DNA of 64,000 bases, from contig CM060732.1 of assembly GCA_030704615.1 (NCBI GenBank), forward strand, positions 47,864,001 to 47,928,000, read 5' to 3'. The translations under genes were made by a program, and so were the position numbers. The first letter of the stretch is position 1. Every line of letters starts with the position of its first letter. Source of the DNA: Takakia lepidozioides. Its lineage: Eukaryota > Plantae > Bryophyta. The notes beneath the pieces were generated by a model. That model saw only the letters and a list, made by a program, of their open reading frames with translations. It had not been told where the DNA came from and made no database searches. Of the stretch, positions 35,332 through 48,078 are shown in pieces.

Positions 35332-37811
35332 ATTTCTCACATACTTTTGGTAATAGGAGGCGAGTCCTAGGAAGGATCGCACTCCAGGGACCGAAGTCGG
35401 AGGCTCCCAGTCCAAGATCACTCTCACCTTTCTGTCATCCATTTTGATCCCCTCCTGTGTAATCACATGCCCTAGGAACTCCACTTTTGTGACCCCAAAT
35501 TCGCACTTTGAAGCTTTGGCATACAACTTCCCTTCCCGTAATTTCTGGAACACCCTTTTTAGGTGCTCCAGGTGCTCTTCCTTTGTTTTCGAGTACACCA
35601 AGATGTCGTCGATGTACACGATCACAAAGTCATCCAACCACTCCTGGAAATGGCTGTTCATTAGCGTGCTAAAGGTCGCGGGTGCGGTGGTGAGCCCAAA
35701 AGGCATCACCAAGAACTCATATGAACTATATCTTGTCCTGCACGCGGTCTTCTCCTCATCTCCTTCCGCCACTCGGATTTGATGGTAGCCGGAGCGCAAA
35801 TCGATCCGGCTGAAATACTTTGCTCCTGCCAACCAATCAAAGAGGTCGTCGATCCTTGGCAAAGGGTACCGGTTTTTGATAGTCACCTTATTCAGAGCCC
35901 TATAATCGACACACATCCGCAACGTCCCATCCTTCTTGTCTACGAATAGCACCGGGGCTCCGTAGGTTGACTTACACGGCCAGATGTACCCCTTTGACAT
36001 TAGATCCTTGAGCTGAGCCTTCAGCTCGACCAACTCTCTGTGGCTCAATCGGTAGGGCGCCTTGGCAGGCAGCTCCGATCCCGGTATCACCTCAATCTTG
36101 TGGTCAACTCCTCTTCGCGGTGGCAAGCCGCTTGGTAAATCCTCCAGCATCACATCCTGGTATTTCTCCAAAATCCCCTTGATCCAATCTGGGCTCGGCT
36201 CCTTGTTACCTTCTCCCTTCACCTGTCTTACGTAAAGCAAAAACTGGGGCTCGTGTGACTCCTCCACGGCCCACTCCTTTGCTGACAACAGGTTTATTTG
36301 CCTTCCCACTGGGTTGGGCATTTCCGACATTCGTAAAACTTCGCCACCATTCCCACACGGTAGCGTGACTATTCTCTTGCGGCTATCTATGACCGCTCCG
36401 GATTTGCTCAAAAATGTCATCCCCAGAATGAGATCCACTCCATCGATCTCGTAAATGGTGAAGTTCTCACGTCCCTCTTAACTCCCAAGCTGAAACATCG
36501 AACGCCAACCTCGTCGCCAGTTGTGGTTCTCCTTTGGCAGAACGCACTTCAATAGAGGCCTCCAGTTTTCGTGCCGTTGCCGGTGTCATGAAGAAGTGTG
36601 ACACTCCTGTGTCCACCAACAACGACATGTTAGTTCCGGAAATTATCCTATTCACGAATATTAACTGACTTCGTTTACGCAAGGCGCCAGTTTCCTGATA
36701 CAACTCACAAGAGTAGTTGCCTACCTTACAAGTCTTGGCGACCACCGCCTCCACCAAGCGGCTGATGGAATCTTCGGACAGCTTCGTGGCCGCCCGAGTC
36801 ATGTTCAATTGTTGGGGTTTTGTGCACTTCTTGGTCATGTGCCCGTGCTCCCCGTAATTAAAGCACACTCCATCGAAGGTCGCCTTCTGTCCGCAATAAG
36901 CCGCCGCACCTGATTTTCCTTTCGGAGCACCGGGTGCCGCCTTGACGTGTGAAGGCCCTCCCTTCGATTTCCACGTGCCATTGTTGCCGCGTGGCCTATC
37001 CCACTTCTTTTCCGGTCGGAAGGAGTCACCCTCCCGCCAGGTCTTCTTGTGGTTCAGCTCCGTACGGCCTTGTCTTTCGCCCCTAGGGACATCCGAGAAA
37101 CATTCAGCCCTCTCAATTGCCTCATTCAAAGTCTTAGGTGGCTTCTCTTCCAACTTCCGCCTCGCCCATGGGGCCAGTCCCGCCACAAAGTTGAAGACCA
37201 TTTCTGGTTCTGCCATGTCCGCGACTTCGAGCAACAGCACATTGAAAGCCTGAACATATCCCTGAATGTCATCTGTTTGCTTCAAATTCCTCATCTTGTC
37301 TCGGGCGAACCAGGACGCGTTGAGGGGTACAAATTGTCTCTTCATAAGTTCCTTGAACCCACTCTAGCCCAAGGTTTCTGGGTTTGGACCTTGGTCGTGA
37401 AGGCGTTTCTGCCACCATTGTTGAGCATAGCCCCTCAAATAGGTGGGAGCCACTTCCACCCGATCCTCGTCACTCAACTTGGCCTCCCAGAAGTACTGCT
37501 CCAGCTCCAAGAGCCAGGTGTTGAGTGCCTTCCGATTTCGGACACCCCTCGAAGGTGTCGGGTTCCTTAGGCTTCACCTTAAACTTTGCCTTAGTGGAAG
37601 TGGCGTTAGCCGCCTTCAATACGTCTTTCAACGTCCCGCCAAACTGCGCCAACAACTCTTCCCAAAAGGCTGCTAGCATGGGAGGCATCTGTTGGTCTGG
37701 CGGAGCCTCCGGGAAGTCCTCGGGCTCCAACTCCCCAGATTCCTCCCGTTCTTGAATGGCCTCGCTTTCAAAAGCATGAATCGCCTCCTCAAATTGCCGC
37801 TTCGGTGACAC
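35332..37811 (-). pseudogene. gag-protease-RT of family 2
   Basis: KPKEPDTFEG, LKQT.DIQGYV..F, FVAGL, knuckle [69 protein letters not shown]; frameshifted. Confidence 0.9.
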
Positions 37812-37927
37812 GTCGCCCCCATCGAACTCACCAGAATCATCATCTTTCGGGCCGTTCCGCTTTCACTTTGGCTTGTCCGACCCCATGTTGAGGCCGATCT
37901 CAAGGACAATCGCGTACTGAACTCTAA

Positions 37928-37939
37928 GCTCTGATACCA
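37928..37939 (-). other. Primer binding site, tRNA-iMet
   Basis: TGGTATCAGAGC on the minus strand 2 nt after the LTR. Confidence 0.9.
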
Positions 37940-38604
37940 AGTGTCGCGCACCTCACTTCGGTAAGCTCCCATTGAAGTTATAGTTACTCGCTTTGATGCG
38001 CGCGCCTAACTCCCAAACTGGCCGCCGGTCCAACTCGGAGCTTCGGCTGTTCACCGGGACATAACTGTCCCCCTTTACTCCTCCACGAGACCCTCTCTCA
38101 ATTTGGGCCAAGTGGAAATTCCCTTTGGTCGATGGCAGTCCGGAACAGCTCCCCACACCTTGGTCGCTTTCCGGCTCGCACGCTTACTCACTGTGACTGT
38201 CCGTGTGGGTTTCACAAACAACCCTGCCATTTTATGGCGAAGAACCACGAAAACCCTCGACTCCTAGTGATGAGTCGCGGTGAGTCTTGGCCCACCCACC
38301 ACGGCCCCATTGGGCCGTGATGAGTCCCAAGACTCCCCACGACTCCCACCACAAGGTTTCCGCCCCATGGTGAGTCCTATGTCAGCCCCACTGAGACCCA
38401 CTAAGCTACCACCACCCCTCGTGGAACCACCCCCACCACAACCCGGTGTGCGGGGCTCCACCTAGTGAGCGCCTCCGCCTCCTTGAGTGCATTGGGCACT
38501 CAAGGGTGCTTCAGCCCCTGCATCTATTGTTGCCACTGCCCCCACCACAGGGGCAGCCCCTTTTGTGTCCCGACCCCCTGCCCTCAAGGCAAAGGGCCGC
38601 GACA

Positions 38605-39715
38605 TGGCGGGTGTTTCTGAACTCAACCGCCTTCCCATGCGAGGCTTTCTCTTTTGGGTCTGTATGCTCCATGTTGTTGTAGTACGTGAGGACACATATG
38701 ACGGGGGCGAGGTAGTTTTGCTGGACCTTGAAACAGCATTGGCAACCACGCTTGTAAGACTCTCCATACTCGGACTTCTTTCTCCTTGGGCCTTTATGAG
38801 GGTGAGATGTTCCAGCACCCACAAGAGGTCCTCTACGCTTCAGTTTTGGATCCTCCACTATTGCATTGTTGGTGCGCTTGTCATCCGGACCGTAGCAGCA
38901 TTGATATCTGGACATTAAATTCAAATCGATATCCATCACAGTAGGTGGGAAACAAAAATGGCAACACACATGCAATGATAGTACAAAAGGACTGTGAGGA
39001 TAGTGCACACATGGTATTGTTTAGGAATGTGTTGCCTCTGGGCTCTTTTCGCATGCCGGGTTACACTTTAGTATGGACACTAATCCAAAACAAAGTGGGG
39101 TAGTCCACTAAACTCTGCTCTTTAAGGATAAAGTCATCAACTCTATCCCAAGGTATGCAGGCCTTCTGAACATTCACTCGCACACCCATATACCCATATT
39201 GCGTCTCACTCTTCTAATGGAGGTCCTTCGTGTTGAAGGCTCCTGGTTTTGGTTTTTGCAAACATTGTCGAAGAGGCCATATAAGCGGGCTTTCCGTTTC
39301 TAGTCTGTCGTGGCATTCTGCTTGCACATCCATGCCCTATACAGTACAGAGGACACGCTTCAAAACCTGCAAGAAACGCGCCGCAGTACCCTGGACACGA
39401 TGGACAACGTGCAAGAGCAACAGTGCGTACGTTTAGGGTTTTAGCAAGTGGCACGAGCCAGGGATAAGGTTTGGGTTTAGGCCCTAAAAATGGAGGGCTC
39501 AGATGGGATTTAGGAGCAGACGGTCCAAATCGGGCCTCGTAGGCGGACTGGAAGTTGGGGAACTGGCACAGCGGACTGGCCTCCAACGTATTGGCCGGCA
39601 AACTAGCGAGGAGCGGACTCATGAGCAGCGGACTGGCAGGCAGACTGACAGGGTGGACGTGAGGGGACTGGCACGGAGGGGCGGACTGGGGGCGGGGCGC
39701 GGCTGGGGGACCGCG

Positions 39716-39747
<32 letters not shown>

Positions 39748-39809
39748 CGGGGGAGCCGGGCGTCCGTGCGCGGGGCCCACCGCTCAGGCCGCTCGTGCGC
39801 CATAACTCC
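38605..39809 (-). mobile_element. MULE-type transposon 5' remnant (WRKY/GCM-like N-terminal domain)
   Basis: YQCCYGPDDKR...KRGCQCCFKVQQ..APVICVLTY..EHTD..SHG resembles the N-terminus of plant SWIM/MULE proteins (At4g13970-like); GC-rich terminus beginning GGAG at 39809; interrupted by family 2. Confidence 0.6.
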
Positions 39810-39844
39810 GCTAATATTGTAAAATGAGAAGCGCTATAAAAAGA

Positions 39845-39910
39845 GGTCGGTAGCTCAATAGTGCACTGAGTGCCACCCAGGTGATTTTAGGTTGAAATCC
39901 TTCTACCTTG
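39845..39910 (+). mobile_element. tRNA-derived SINE-like head, copy 1
   Basis: GTAGCTCAATAG (A box)..tgccacccag..GGTTGAAATCC (B box); no intact cloverleaf. Confidence 0.5.
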
Positions 39911-40357
39911 GGCATGATCAATCGGCATGATGCTGACCACCCTAAGAATGAGTCATGTAATCCTCCTCTAAAACTGTCTTGAAGTGGGTACTTGGTACAG
40001 TGCAATTGTGACATGCAACTAGAGTATCATTTTTTTAATCACTTCATTGCACTTCATTGCCTGAAGGGTTATGGGTTATGGGTGTGAAAAGGTTAGTTTA
40101 CACCAGAGTCAGATTTCAAAGCTCAATACACTCAGTTCGAAATACAAAACTAAAAAAAAAAAAAGTATGACGATTGGTGATTCAATTGAGAAATAAATAT
40201 AATTCCAATTTCTGTGGCCGTGCTTTCAGACCGTCAGTATAGAGATCTTATGTTTTTGAACCCTATAATTTGCGCAGTATAGGGTTTCTGGCATGCCATG
40301 CTGGATTAGTACCATTCAATCAAAAACTTGTTTTCCAACTATATTTTTACCACCAAC

Positions 40358-40425
40358 AGTCAGTAGCTCAGTTGGTAAGTGCACTGACTGCCACCCAGAT
40401 GACTCTCGCTTAAAATCCTGCTGCT
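40358..40425 (+). mobile_element. tRNA-derived SINE-like head, copy 2
   Basis: GTAGCTCAGTTGG..gtgcactgactgccacccag..ttaaaatcc, homologous to copy 1. Confidence 0.5.
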
Positions 40426-41671
40426 TGATGGGTGTGGTACGCTCTTCTCCCCCTTCCCTGCGCAGTGTCGCATGGGAAAGCCTTCACGGCCAGGTTACTG
40501 AGAGGTTATTTTCTCCTCTGTCTCTCTCAGTGCCTCAACCAACCTCTAATTAGGCAATGAGGAGTTTTCAAAGGTTGTAGACACATCTCCAACCACCAAA
40601 TGCGGCCACATTACCAAATATAGGTGATTGGGATACTCTAACCAATCTGGTGTGTAGCAATTAGACAACAATTTGTTGTTGTTTAGTAGGCCAGATATCA
40701 ACATCCTCATTGAGTTCATCCCAATTAACTGAAGATGATAATCCTTCAAGAGTAATGCAATCATATAAGTATGACGGATGATAACCGATGTTTCTTAAGG
40801 AATCAATTCCTTCCATGAAATTTGTGTGGTCGTATATATTCTGCCGCTCTTCGGAGTAGTGCTACACCGCCCGGCAATGTGCTACACACAAATCTTCCTT
40901 ATGTGCAAACTTAGACCACAACACACACAAATTATACACACACCAAAATTATTTAGGTGATCATCACACACACAAAGTTGATGCCAAGATGGACTACGTC
41001 TGTAACTTGCTTAAATTTCACACTATGCCTACTCGCAATTTGTGTGACTATTGTGACAAAAACACATATGTCTTGGCTCCTCCCTCATCCACCAGATGTG
41101 TTCTTTGCCTTATGGCATCAATGGGGTTTAATGTTTCCCCTCCAATAAACTAAATGGCGAATGCCCTTTGGGGAAAAAAAAAAAAAAAACACAGAAGAAG
41201 AAACTCAAAACAACCCAACTCTATCCTATAGTTAGACTGGTCAAACAACCAAGGAGAATGATGCCCATAGTAAGGGGGGAAGGGGGTGGTCGGTTCCTGA
41301 TAGTAATATATAGGACACCTCCCCAAGGAAGCGTACATTCTTGACCCCGACCAAGGTTTGTGATATATTATTGTATTGATGGACATCACACTAGGCTTAC
41401 TCGCAAATTGTGCAAATTTGTGTGACTATTGTGTGAAAGAACTCGTACTTCACCCCCCTAGAAGAAACCCAACACTTCCCGGTTAGATTTGTCAAACAAC
41501 CAAGTAATAACTAACCAAGGCATCATGCTTAGTAGCATGATGCGCGAAGTACGCAGGGGTGTCGGTTTGTGATACACTGTATTGATGGGCATATTGACAC
41601 TGGAAAGTTTGATAGACTTGCACTTATTACTCAAAGATAGCAAGGGATATGACTCCCGGCCTGGCTGCTCC

Positions 41672-42008
41672 AGCACGAGTGCCCCGTACTAACTACTAAC
41701 ACACGTGTCTCTTCCACACACACAACCACACGTGACTCTTTCATACGAACTGGGGCTGAATTCTCCTCATCAGTGTTTTTTTTTTGGCGAAAAATCGCCC
41801 TCAAAACATTAAAATGAAATATTCTGTCGAAAATTCCCTGTTTTTTCATGGATGAAATCGCCAAACTTCTACAAGGAAAAAAAAAAGGATGGATGAATTC
41901 GCCAAATGTGAATGATATAAATGGATGAAAGTACATATGAGGATGATTCTATCCAAATTTTCAATGGATGAACAGAATATATAGCTATTTCTTGTAGCCA
42001 CTCGTGCT
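41672..42008. mobile_element. MITE-like element
   Basis: 10-bp inverted termini AGCACGAGTG...CACTCGTGCT; internal ggatgaa repeats. Confidence 0.4.
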
Positions 42009-42675
42009 ATTTTTCAAATTTAAGAAACAAATCACTGCTCCTCGTTAATATCGTTTTGTTTTGCTTACAGCGTAATAGCCAGCCACGAGTACGTGGGCCG
42101 ACATTTCCTTGTCTTTTACCTCCAAGATCTTTTGCTTCGTCCCATTTCTTTTGATCATCAAAAGAAACTATGAAAAGAAAAAAAACATTACAGTATCCCA
42201 TTTCCATAACGCAGAGGAAGACCCTCGTGTCGGGGCAGGTCGGCGCCCCTTGCATTTTGGCTCCCCTTGAATTTCATGCCCTACGGCCCGAGATTCAGTA
42301 TATATTAAGATTCAAGATAAGATTCATTAAGTAAGATTCAAGGGGCGCCCTCCAACCGGGGCCTTCATCTATAAGTAGAAAAGGCGGCCCACCGGCGCGT
42401 GCCTCACGCTAGTGGGTATATTGGTGGGAAAAAGTTCGATGCCTGCTTTCCATCCTTGTGGACAGAAGCGCGGGAGGAATTCAGGGCGCATGAAGAATGT
42501 GCCACAGAGATCTAGTAGAGTAGATTTCATCTTGTGTTGTTTTCGCGTGAGCACCATAGATGTGTCCATCCATCCAGACGGATGACAAAGGCATCCCGAG
42601 ACGATAAAGACGCGCGGGGCCGGATGAGAAATGGGGCCGCCGCAGGGGACGAGACAACTGTGAAGGTAGGCAGAG

Positions 42676-42695
42676 TGGGCCGGGCCGGGCCGGGC
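42676..42695 (+). promoter_or_regulatory. Tandem GGGCC motifs in a GC-rich region upstream of the NPF gene
   Basis: TGGGCCGGGCCGGGCCGGGC, same motif as 3029-3055. Confidence 0.3.
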
Positions 42696-44199
42696 GCACA
42701 CGACAGGCCAAAAATAACGGGCGGGGGGTGCATCGCATGATGCCGGGGGGTGGGGACGACGTGGCGGCCTCTCAGTGGCTTCCTCGCTCGGGAGGGAGAG
42801 TGCGGTCCGAGAAGGAGAGGGCAGATGACATTTACATCTACCTACCCGGTATTACACGCGGCGATGGGTGACACGCGGGAAGACAGTAGACCCCTCAGTC
42901 AGCTAGTGATCGGGCGCCATGTGGCGGACGTGGTGGAGAGCGGGGACAGGGAACGGAAGGGGGAAGTGGCGCAAGGCAAGCGTCGCGCTCCTTGGCTGCA
43001 GTGCTGCACGGCAGAGAGGGGGCGGGGAGAGGGCAGGGAGGCCCTGCCCTGCCCTGCACGCTTCGATCGCCATCGTTGCGGGGGGATGGGGGGGGGAAGA
43101 GGAGAGCTGTGGATCCCATAGGGGGGGCCCAGCCGAGGCATGAGAGAGCTTGAATACCCCGCATGTCCATCGCTACGGGCATCCATTCCCACCTCCGCTG
43201 GGTTGCTAAGTACTGCTGCTGCATGCTCCGCTCGGTGGTGCCATCCTTGCTGAATCCGTCGGGTACCAGTCTCGTTTATTCCACCCTGCTGTAGCGGGGA
43301 GATTCTCTCTCTCGCTCCCGGGTGTGTCTCGCATAGACATGCTTACGGTTATGATGTCGATGTAGGGCTGGGATTGGGCTGCAGTGTTAAAGTTTGTGAT
43401 CGTTGAAGAAGAGACCAGTAAGTGCGTGCTGCACCGGGTTGATTGAAACAGTGTGTGCATGTTGTCCGAGCGACGATTAGAATGTGGAATGTGTGAATTA
43501 GACTAGGATATTGTTGATCGATCTGATATTGCACGTTGAACTGCTGCTCTGCGAGTTATTCTTGCGCAAGCTTATGCACAGGCTCCTACCTGTGGAGAGA
43601 TAGTATTTTATGATCAGCCAGTTTGCTACATTATATTACGTGTGTGAAGAGAAAGAAAGAAGTTAGAAAGAAAATAGTGCGTTCGCAGGAGGAAAGAGGT
43701 CTCAAGGGACAGAGAGGGAGGTTGAGGGTGAGAGAGACATCTTTGCGTTTGAAGGGACTGACTGTTAGTGCTTGAGTACGATAAATATGATATAAGAACA
43801 AGTTTCCTCCTCGGATGTACAAGAAGGGTGAATCTACAGTGATCTTGCCCGCAGGTGCTAGCTATTGTTAGACGATAGAAGTGTGCGTTCCTAGAAATCA
43901 TGTCATGTCACGAGATATCTCTATGTTGTATAAAGACATGGATGCATAAGCGCTTGCAAGAGTTGCCTGAAATAAGGCATATGATCTGGAGGACAAGTTA
44001 GGATCCACTGACACTGTATGTGCAACCTCCACTCTTTAAGTACATTATGGTTGTACACGACCATGCATTTGGCTGAGTGATATACATCTTGTTCAACTTT
44101 ATACTTGTTGAATTGCGAATCAACAAGAAACATTTAAATCTCGAGCGATCAGTCCAAGCTGACCAGAAATCCCACTGGATGTAGCATGCACAGGCATAG

Positions 44200-47100
44200 A
44201 TGGCACCAGAGCAGCAACAAAGTTGCTGTAGCGGAAACCTGTCACCATGTAATGGAGGGGCGCCATGCACAGATTCGGGAAAGCAGTTTTCAAAGCTGCA
44301 TGATCTACGAAATGAATCTGACATTGTGAGCGATGGTGCCGTGGACATCCATGGCTGCCCATCCGTGAAGACCAAGACCGGTAACTGGAAGGCTTGCTGC
44401 CTGATTTTTGGTTAGTGATCCTCTTCCGTCTTTCTTCTGATACTTGGGTGCCTGCATATAACTCGTACTAAGATTAAGCTCAAAGTTTCAGTGCTGGACT
44501 ATTACAACAAACAGCACAGCTTAAATTTTACAAAATTGCTAGATCGTGATCCAGACGTCGAAGTTTCACCATGTGAGGTCAGAAGTCCTTAACGCACACT
44601 CATCTTACGCGAATCCAACTTGACCAGGCGGACGTTGAAAACGGATCCGTAACTTCTTAAACCACTTTCAGAGGCACATGTTCATTGAAGCTGTCCGAGA
44701 GCATTCCTTCACTGATCTGGAAGCAGAAGCTTAGACCTAAATTTTAAATATTTCCTTGTTGTCTGTGGACTTCTCTGCGATCTGGAATTCTCATTGTGCA
44801 TACAAAACTAGTAGACCTACCTCAGCTGAAGATTGGAGAGATGAAAACATTAGTGAGCTGGAGGACGATGCATGCATACCCTGCTGAAACCTCCGTGCAA
44901 TGCAAAATGAAAATGTTGATACTGGTCTATAGTCTTCCGGATCCTCGTATCTGATTCCAAAATAAAAGTTTTAATTTGATTATTAATATGTGCCCAAGCA
45001 TGTGAAGCAGATCTCGGCGGCTAGTCCAGCTGATGTGTAACTTACAAAATGTGCAGGTTGCGAAGTGTGTGAGAGGGTGGCATTCTATGCGATATCATCT
45101 AATTTAGTTACATATTTGACGACTGTGCTACGAGAAGATATTTCGGATTCGGCGAGGAATGTCAACAACTGGGGAGGGACAACGTTTATCACGCCTTTGA
45201 TCGGAGCCTTCATTGCTGATGCATTTTTGGGGCGTTTCTGGACGATTGCCACATTCTCCTGTGGCTATTTTCTGGTAAGTGTGTCGTACTTTGGCACTCG
45301 AAGTATTTCCTTAGTTCCTTTCTCACAATCTATATAGATGAATTTACCTTTCGTCATGACCATTACTCAGATCAAGCTACCCCACTTATATTAGCCCTTA
45401 GACATCCTCGTTGACAAACCACCCATCACTGTCGTTACTGCAAGCGCCCATGGCTATTTACCTCTCTCTTGTCCTTACTTAGTAGACTTTAATCATTTAG
45501 CCTGGGCGCTTATGCCTGATCCTCCTTCTTTTTCAGGCAAGTACTATGATCTAATAAGACTGATTTTAAGGCAACTTCAAACACAGTCTAAACAAGTTGT
45601 AGGTGTTAAGTTGTTGTTTCGATCTCGATCTCGCATATGCAAGTGCTCTTAAGTACTTAAAGTTCCTGCCACGGCCGCGCAGCTATCCTTCCTCTGTACT
45701 GCGTGCTCTCACTCAGCTGTGAAGGTCTGGGCTAAGCTTGCGCCAGTAGGTGTTGGAAGCTAGATGTAATCAGTCATGGGTGATTTTTCTTGCTGTCTTT
45801 GTCAGGATTCCAATTTCTGTCTATCTGATGAAGTAACTCTAATCCTTCATGTGCTTCACTATCGGTGGGCTTGGATGTGCAGGCACTAGTGTTTGTCACA
45901 ATGTCAGTGTCACTGCCATATTTGAAGCCTCCAAGCTGTGACGCTATGCAACTTACAGGGAAGACCTGTCAAAAAGCCTCAACGGGACAGATTGGGTTTT
46001 TCTATTTCTCCTTATATCTAATGGCACTTGGTGCCGGGGGAATAAAGTCTTGTGTAACTGCTTTTGCGGGAGACCAATTTGATAAAGGCGATGCGCGTGA
46101 GGCTAAGCGCTTGATGTCATTTCCGAATTGGTGGTTTGTAAGCATCAGTTTTGGCACCATGCTCTCTGTGAGCCTATTGGTATATGTGCAGGACAATGTG
46201 GGGTGGTCCTGGGGGTATGGCGTGCCTACTGCCATCACCGGCTTTGCCACGCTAGCCTACCTGGTTGGTACACCCCTGTATAGGCACCAGATCCCGTCTG
46301 GGAGCCCTTTGACCCGCGTGGCCCAAGTTCTTTTCGCTGCGACGCGTAAGTGGAGCATTGCTGCTCCTTCCAATCCGGAGCTTCTGTATGAGTTTGATGA
46401 CAAGCAGGCAACCTTAAGCCCTCGCTGCAAAAGACTGCCCCATTCTCCAAGTTTATTGTAAGTCGCGAGTTCTTTTTACTATTTGGCCACTTTCCAGGGC
46501 GCTTGCTTTGAACCTGTCCGGGATCACCGTCTGCCAAGGAGGCAGTGATCAATGTGATGCATTATTTGTACGTGTACGTACGTAGTTCAGCTAACTAGTG
46601 CCAGATCCTTTCAGAAAAAATAACCTGTGACCCTAGGTAGGTATACTTGTCCACAGGCTTATCATGCTTCAGAATAGTTGGACACTACAAGTCCTTCTGA
46701 GTCCAACAAAAGTTTTCTTTGCACTGGCACCTTGCCCACTTTCCAACTTCTGGCCAGTTTGCACACTCGCTGTCAAGATGTGTGCTCAAAAATAAAAGAA
46801 GAGACGGGAAAGAAAACTGATAAGATCGAGACCTCTACTTTAGAAGATGACCGTGTACAGACGTACGGGTGCAAATTATGCATTGTCCTTGCAATGTTCA
46901 CAATTTGTAGGACTGCAAGACCGTCTTCAAAAGGTGTTGAGTCCTGGGCAGAAGGAGAGATTTTATGTACCTAAGTACCTCGGCGTCAATGCGTTGCAGT
47001 TGGAATCTGGGTGAGTGGTCGCATGGTTTTCTTTCCTAATGTCGTCAAGTAGTTCCATGTGCAGCTTATGTCTTATCATTCTATACGGAAGCTACACACC

Positions 47101-48078
47101 GGAAACAACTACAGTATTTGGAGTTTCCTGCATGATTAGTCCTCAGCTGTTTTGACATGTACATGCAGGTTTTTGGACAGGGCAGCCACACCCATGACAG
47201 AGGGGAGTGTACATAATTTCGATACCCCCCCAAATCCCTGGACGCTATGCACAGTTACCCAGGTAGAGGAGGTGAAGCTATTGGTGCGAACGCTTCCAAT
47301 CTGGGTGACGAATTTGATGTTTTCGACTGTGTTTTCCCAGGTGGGCACTCTGTTTTTGAACCAGGGAACCACAATGGACCGTCATATGGGACCTAATTTT
47401 GAGATTCCAGCAGCATCAATGCCGCTGTTTATTACAGCCACCATTTGCGTCTTCTTACCTTTGTACGATAAGTTCTTTGTGCCTTTTGTGCGGGAGATAA
47501 CGGGTGATGAGCGTGGCCTCACCATGCTGCAGCGCATTGGAGTAGGCCAAATTATCTCCACACTCTCCATTGCGGTTGCGGCTGTGGTAGAGATGCGACG
47601 CCTGCATGTGGCACGGGTCAATGGGCTGCTGGATGCAATTAATGTGCCCATGTCCATTTTTTGGCTGCTCCCGCAATACATGCTGACAGGTGTTTGCGAG
47701 GTTTTCATCAGCGTGGGGCAGATGGAGTTCTTCTTGGACCAGGCCCCTGACTCTATGCGCAGCTTGGGCAACGCGCTCTACCTCAGCACTGTAGCAGTGG
47801 GAAGCTTTGTTAGCAGCCTGCTGGTCACCGTCGTCACCAAGATCACCTACAATTCCAATGGCGGCTGGATAGGGAACAATCTAAATCGTAGTCACATGGA
47901 CTATTTTTACTGGATGCTTACAGCCCTAAGTTTTGTCAACACCATTATCTTTGTGCTGTGCGCGCGCTGGTACACTTACAAGTCTACGGTCATTAGACGG
48001 AATCTTGCAGAGTCGAGTGACTCCGCAGACTCAAGTGGCCCCCTCACGGGCCACTCTATCAACGTCAACAGTCTGTAA
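44200..48078 (+). CDS. NRT1/PTR family (NPF, NPF8/PTR-like) transporter, 637 aa, 4 exons
   Basis: Exons 44200-44410, 45057-45274, 45883-46457, 47169-48078 join in frame. KTGNWKAC, ExxER motif EVCERVAFY, GAFIADAFLGRFWTI, GAGGIKSCV.AFAGDQFD, LCTVTQVEEVK, LQRIGVG, QAPDSMRSLG. Confidence 0.93.

Larger units (their letters stand above)
34934..38604 (-). mobile_element. Chromovirus-like Ty3/gypsy element, RNase H and integrase deleted
   Basis: 5' LTR 37942-38604, Met-type PBS, gag-PR-RT, truncated 3' LTR 34934-35331; flanks TGTCG/TGGCG (possible TSD, one mismatch). Confidence 0.88.

Noticed and set aside
39717-39752. Long G run as a functional element or Gly/Pro-rich ORF
   Set aside because: Homopolymer in a TE terminal region; length unreliable and no coding support.
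39845-40425. Functional tRNA genes
   Set aside because: Acceptor and T stems do not pair; only promoter boxes remain.
41020-41640. Degenerate local duplications
   Set aside because: Too diverged to define boundaries or assign a function.
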